Origin: Felis catus
Lineage: Eukaryota
Direction: 5' to 3'
Assembly (NCBI RefSeq): GCF_018350175.1
Contig: NC_058368.1
Location: forward strand, 87,484,001 to 87,548,000
DNA: 64,000 bases
In this document: positions 61,132 through 64,000 of the stretch, in pieces
Layout: each line of letters opens with the position of its first letter
Position numbering within the stretch: the first letter of the stretch is position 1
The notes under the pieces: generated by a model
Told to the model about the DNA's origin: nothing
The model's database searches: none
What the model saw: only the letters and a program-made list of their open reading frames with translations
Translations under genes and position numbers: made by a program

Positions 61132-62584
61132 TCTAGAGAAGGGAGAATAAAATCATTTCTAATCAGAAGACCCTGGTGTGGTTTGAAATCGGGCGAGGGG
61201 GAGACTTTCTGGGAAGAAAACCTGATTTCCCTGCGAGCACGTAGGAGCAGCCCTCATTGTCTACCCTTGTCCTTTGCTACCTTGGCCGTCAGCCAGTTGG
61301 TGAAGAATGTATGGAAGGCCAGGACACCTGGGCTTGGTTGCCGTGTGCCCGTCGATGGACCCAAACTCCTGGTGCCATGGACCCTGTGCTCAGAGGAACA
61401 GCTGTTTGAGGAAGGCAGAGCATGGCTCTTAGGGCTACAGCAGAAGTTGGGTGGTGCCCCTATTTCTTGGTATCTTGTATTCTAGTGCACTTTCTGTCTT
61501 GTTAATTAGATCAAACCTCAAATGGGAGGCAAGGAAGCGCTGACTGCAGACATCTTGAAGGCATTCAGTTCTCCTACCTCTAATCCCCTGCCCCTCTCCA
61601 GGCTCTCTCTGTCTTTCCATCTGTTTTCCAGAAAGACACGAAAGTGTAGTGGAGAGACCTGAGGGGACCTGACTCCTGGTCCCACCACTTTTTGATGGCT
61701 CTAAGTTGTTTCCTGGGGCTCATTTAACTGCTCTGTGCCTCATCCTGAGGCTCATTTAACTGCTCTGTGCCTCAGGGGCAGTGACCCTCGTCCTGGACTG
61801 GGTAGTCAGAGGTGCAGCTGTGCCTGCAAAGCCCATAACCCAAGCTCGGCACTGGGTGGGGTCATTGGAACTAAGAAGGGAAATGCACATGCACTGTGCA
61901 AGACCTAAACCACAACATGCCCCTCCCTATGGTTGATGAACTGAGAAGCAGAAAAAGAAGTTGGAGAATATCCTATGACCTGGAAGAGACTTGGTGTTTA
62001 CTTTTCCCGGGAATCACCGGATCTCAGTGAGAAAAGCTTGGACGATCTTTCCCCATGTCAACTCTAATCATCAGGATCATCCTGCAAAAGAGGCACAATT
62101 ATTATTTCACAGGTGATGCACAATGGTTCAGAAATAGGCTTAGGGAGACCCAGCTGACCAAGATTCCCATCCAGGTAGCCCGTTAGGTAGTCTGGGCATT
62201 CATAGTGTGCTGAGCCAGCAGCTTGTCTAAGGCGTTAGATAATAAATTGCACAAATAACTTTTAAATTACTGCTGGGACAGGGTGACAGGTGAGGAACAC
62301 AGAGAGAATGTGTCAGGGAATGAAAGAGGGCTTCAGCTGCCTCCACTCTGACCTCACACTTTCTAGTAGGGTTCTTCTTTCTGGCTTGTCTCGTGGCTCA
62401 GGTGGAAGACCCCCGAAGGTAAAGCAGCCCCTGAAATGACCCCCTCAAGCAATGAGGACTGCCCGGAGCCACCAAGACACCACCCAGGACTGACTCCAAG
62501 ACAATGATTGATTTGACATTCGCTGCCCACCTGTGCAGGTACCCACCCACCTTGGCCCACATTTTCCTTATATAAACCTGGAAG

Positions 62585-62780
62585 GGGGCACCTGGCTGGC
62601 TCAGTCAGTTAAGCATCTGACTCCACTTGGGCTCAAGTCCTGATCTCCCGTTGATAGTTCGAGTTCCGCATCAGGCTCTGCACTGTTAGTGTGAAGTCTG
62701 CTTCTGATCCTCTGTCTTCCTCTCTCTCTGCCCTTCCCCCAACTCTCTCTCTCAAAATACATAAATAAACTTTAAAGAAA
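62585..62780 (+). mobile_element. Can-SINE inserted at the TATA-like box of an older ERVL-type LTR (~62330-62990)
   Basis: 13-bp TSD ATAAACCTGGAAG at 62572-62584 and 62781-62793; LTR AATAAA follows at ~62860. Confidence 0.8.
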
Positions 62781-63169
62781 ATAAACCTGGAAGTATTTTC
62801 AGTACTTGGAGACATCTTTGACACGTTAGCCCGCTGTTTTCCTGGGGCTGGCCACACTGAAATAAAATCCTTTTCTGTATCAACACACTTGTTTCTCTGC
62901 TGTGGATTTTGTCGGTGGACAATGGCTGAACCTGGTCTGCGGGGGACTCCCAAGCCAGGTGCTCTTGCACGCTGGTGCTCTGGCTGTAGGAAGACTGCTA
63001 TGAGAAGTAACCATAAAGTGAGATGCGGCAGAAAAATAAAAGTAGAATATAAAGGGACAGAACAAGGCCAGGGTGGCACCAAGCTTCAAATTTACCTTCA
63101 GAGTCAATTAGGATTGGGATATGGTAAGACCAGGTTTGTGTTTTCAGAGATGGCTCTACTACGGGTAGA

Positions 63170-64000
63170 AGGGGGGGAAGTGAGGTGAAGGGAGGAGGGA
63201 GTGGGGTGAATGGGGGACAGTGTGGTAAAGGGAGGGGGGTGAAGGGAGGGGTGCAGTGTGGTCAAGGGAGGGGGGAAATGTAGTGAAGGGAGGAGGACAG
63301 TGGGGTGAAGGGAGGGGGGCAGTGTGTGAAGGGAGGAAAGCAGTGTGGTGAAGGGAGGGGAGCAGCATGGTAGAGGGAGGCTGGCAGTGGGGTGAAGGGA
63401 GGGGTGCAGTGTGGTGAAGGGAGGAGGGCAATGTGGTGAAGGGAGGGGAGCAGTGTGGTGAAGGGAGGAGGGCAGTGTGGTGAAGGGAGGAGGGCACTGT
63501 GGTGAAGGGAGGGGAGCAGTGTGGTGAAGGGAGGGGTGCAGTGTGGTGAAGGCAGGAGGGCAGTAGGATGAAGGGAGGAAGGCAGTGTGGTGAAGGGAGG
63601 GGGTGCAGTGTGGTGAAGGCAGGAGGGCAGTGTGGTGAAGGGAGGAGGGCAGTGTGGTAAAGGGAGAGGGGGCTGTGGGGTGAAGGGAGGGGGGCAGTGT
63701 GTGAAGGGAAGAAAGCAGTGTGGTGAAGGGAGGGGAGCAGCATGGTAAAGGGAGGCTGGCAGTGTGGTGAAGGGAGGAGGGCAGTGTGGTGAAGGGAGGG
63801 GTGCAGTGTGATGAAGGGAGGAGGGCAGTGTGGTGAAGGGAGGAGGGCACTGTGGTAAAGGGAGGAGGGCAATGTGGTGAAGGGAGGGGGGCAGTGTAGT
63901 GAAGGCAGGAGGGCAGTGGGGTGAAGGGAGGAGGGCAGTGTGGTGACGGGAGGAGGGCAGTGTGGTCAAGGGAGGGGGCAGTGGGGTGAAGGCAGGAGAT
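63170..64000. repeat. 22-bp G-rich minisatellite (consensus ~GCAGTGTGGTGAAGGGAGGAGG), runs off the window end
   Basis: TGTGGTGAA recurs at 63432, 63454 and 63476 (period 22); roughly 35 or more diverged units. Confidence 0.95.

Noticed and set aside
63104..63969. 235-248-aa His/Pro-rich minus-strand ORFs
   Set aside because: Translations of the 22-bp minisatellite, open in all three frames.

Overview
Mammalian genomic DNA, most likely felid: it is dense in carnivore tRNA-derived Can-SINEs, including young SINEC_Fc-type copies, and carnivore L1 3' ends. The one clear protein-coding gene is ZNF496 (NIZP1/ZKSCAN17) on the + strand. It has a CpG-island promoter at about 13.2-14.3 kb, probable non-coding 5' exons, and 7 coding exons (16194-16583, 16858-17041, 20776-20852, 40118-40250, 40877-40984, 41972-42085, 47635-48371). 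All have GT-AG boundaries and matching phases, giving a 1743-nt CDS and a 580-aa SCAN + degenerate KRAB-A + C2HR + 4x C2H2 protein. The rest is mostly SINE, L1, LTR, MaLR and DNA-transposon remnants, plus a ~1-kb polypyrimidine tract, a 22-bp G-rich minisatellite and a second CpG-rich promoter-like region near 1.4-2.8 kb. I see no convincing evidence of a wholly new biological system. The most unusual items are a ~205-bp non-repeat segment duplicated in inverted orientation into an old MaLR LTR, a possible decayed PRY/SPRY (B30.2) exon, an orphan promoter with a candidate leftward exon, a pure (GC)10 tract at the ZNF496 promoter, and an Arg in the conserved SCAN helix. Repeat family names and ortholog comparisons are from recall, not from database searches.
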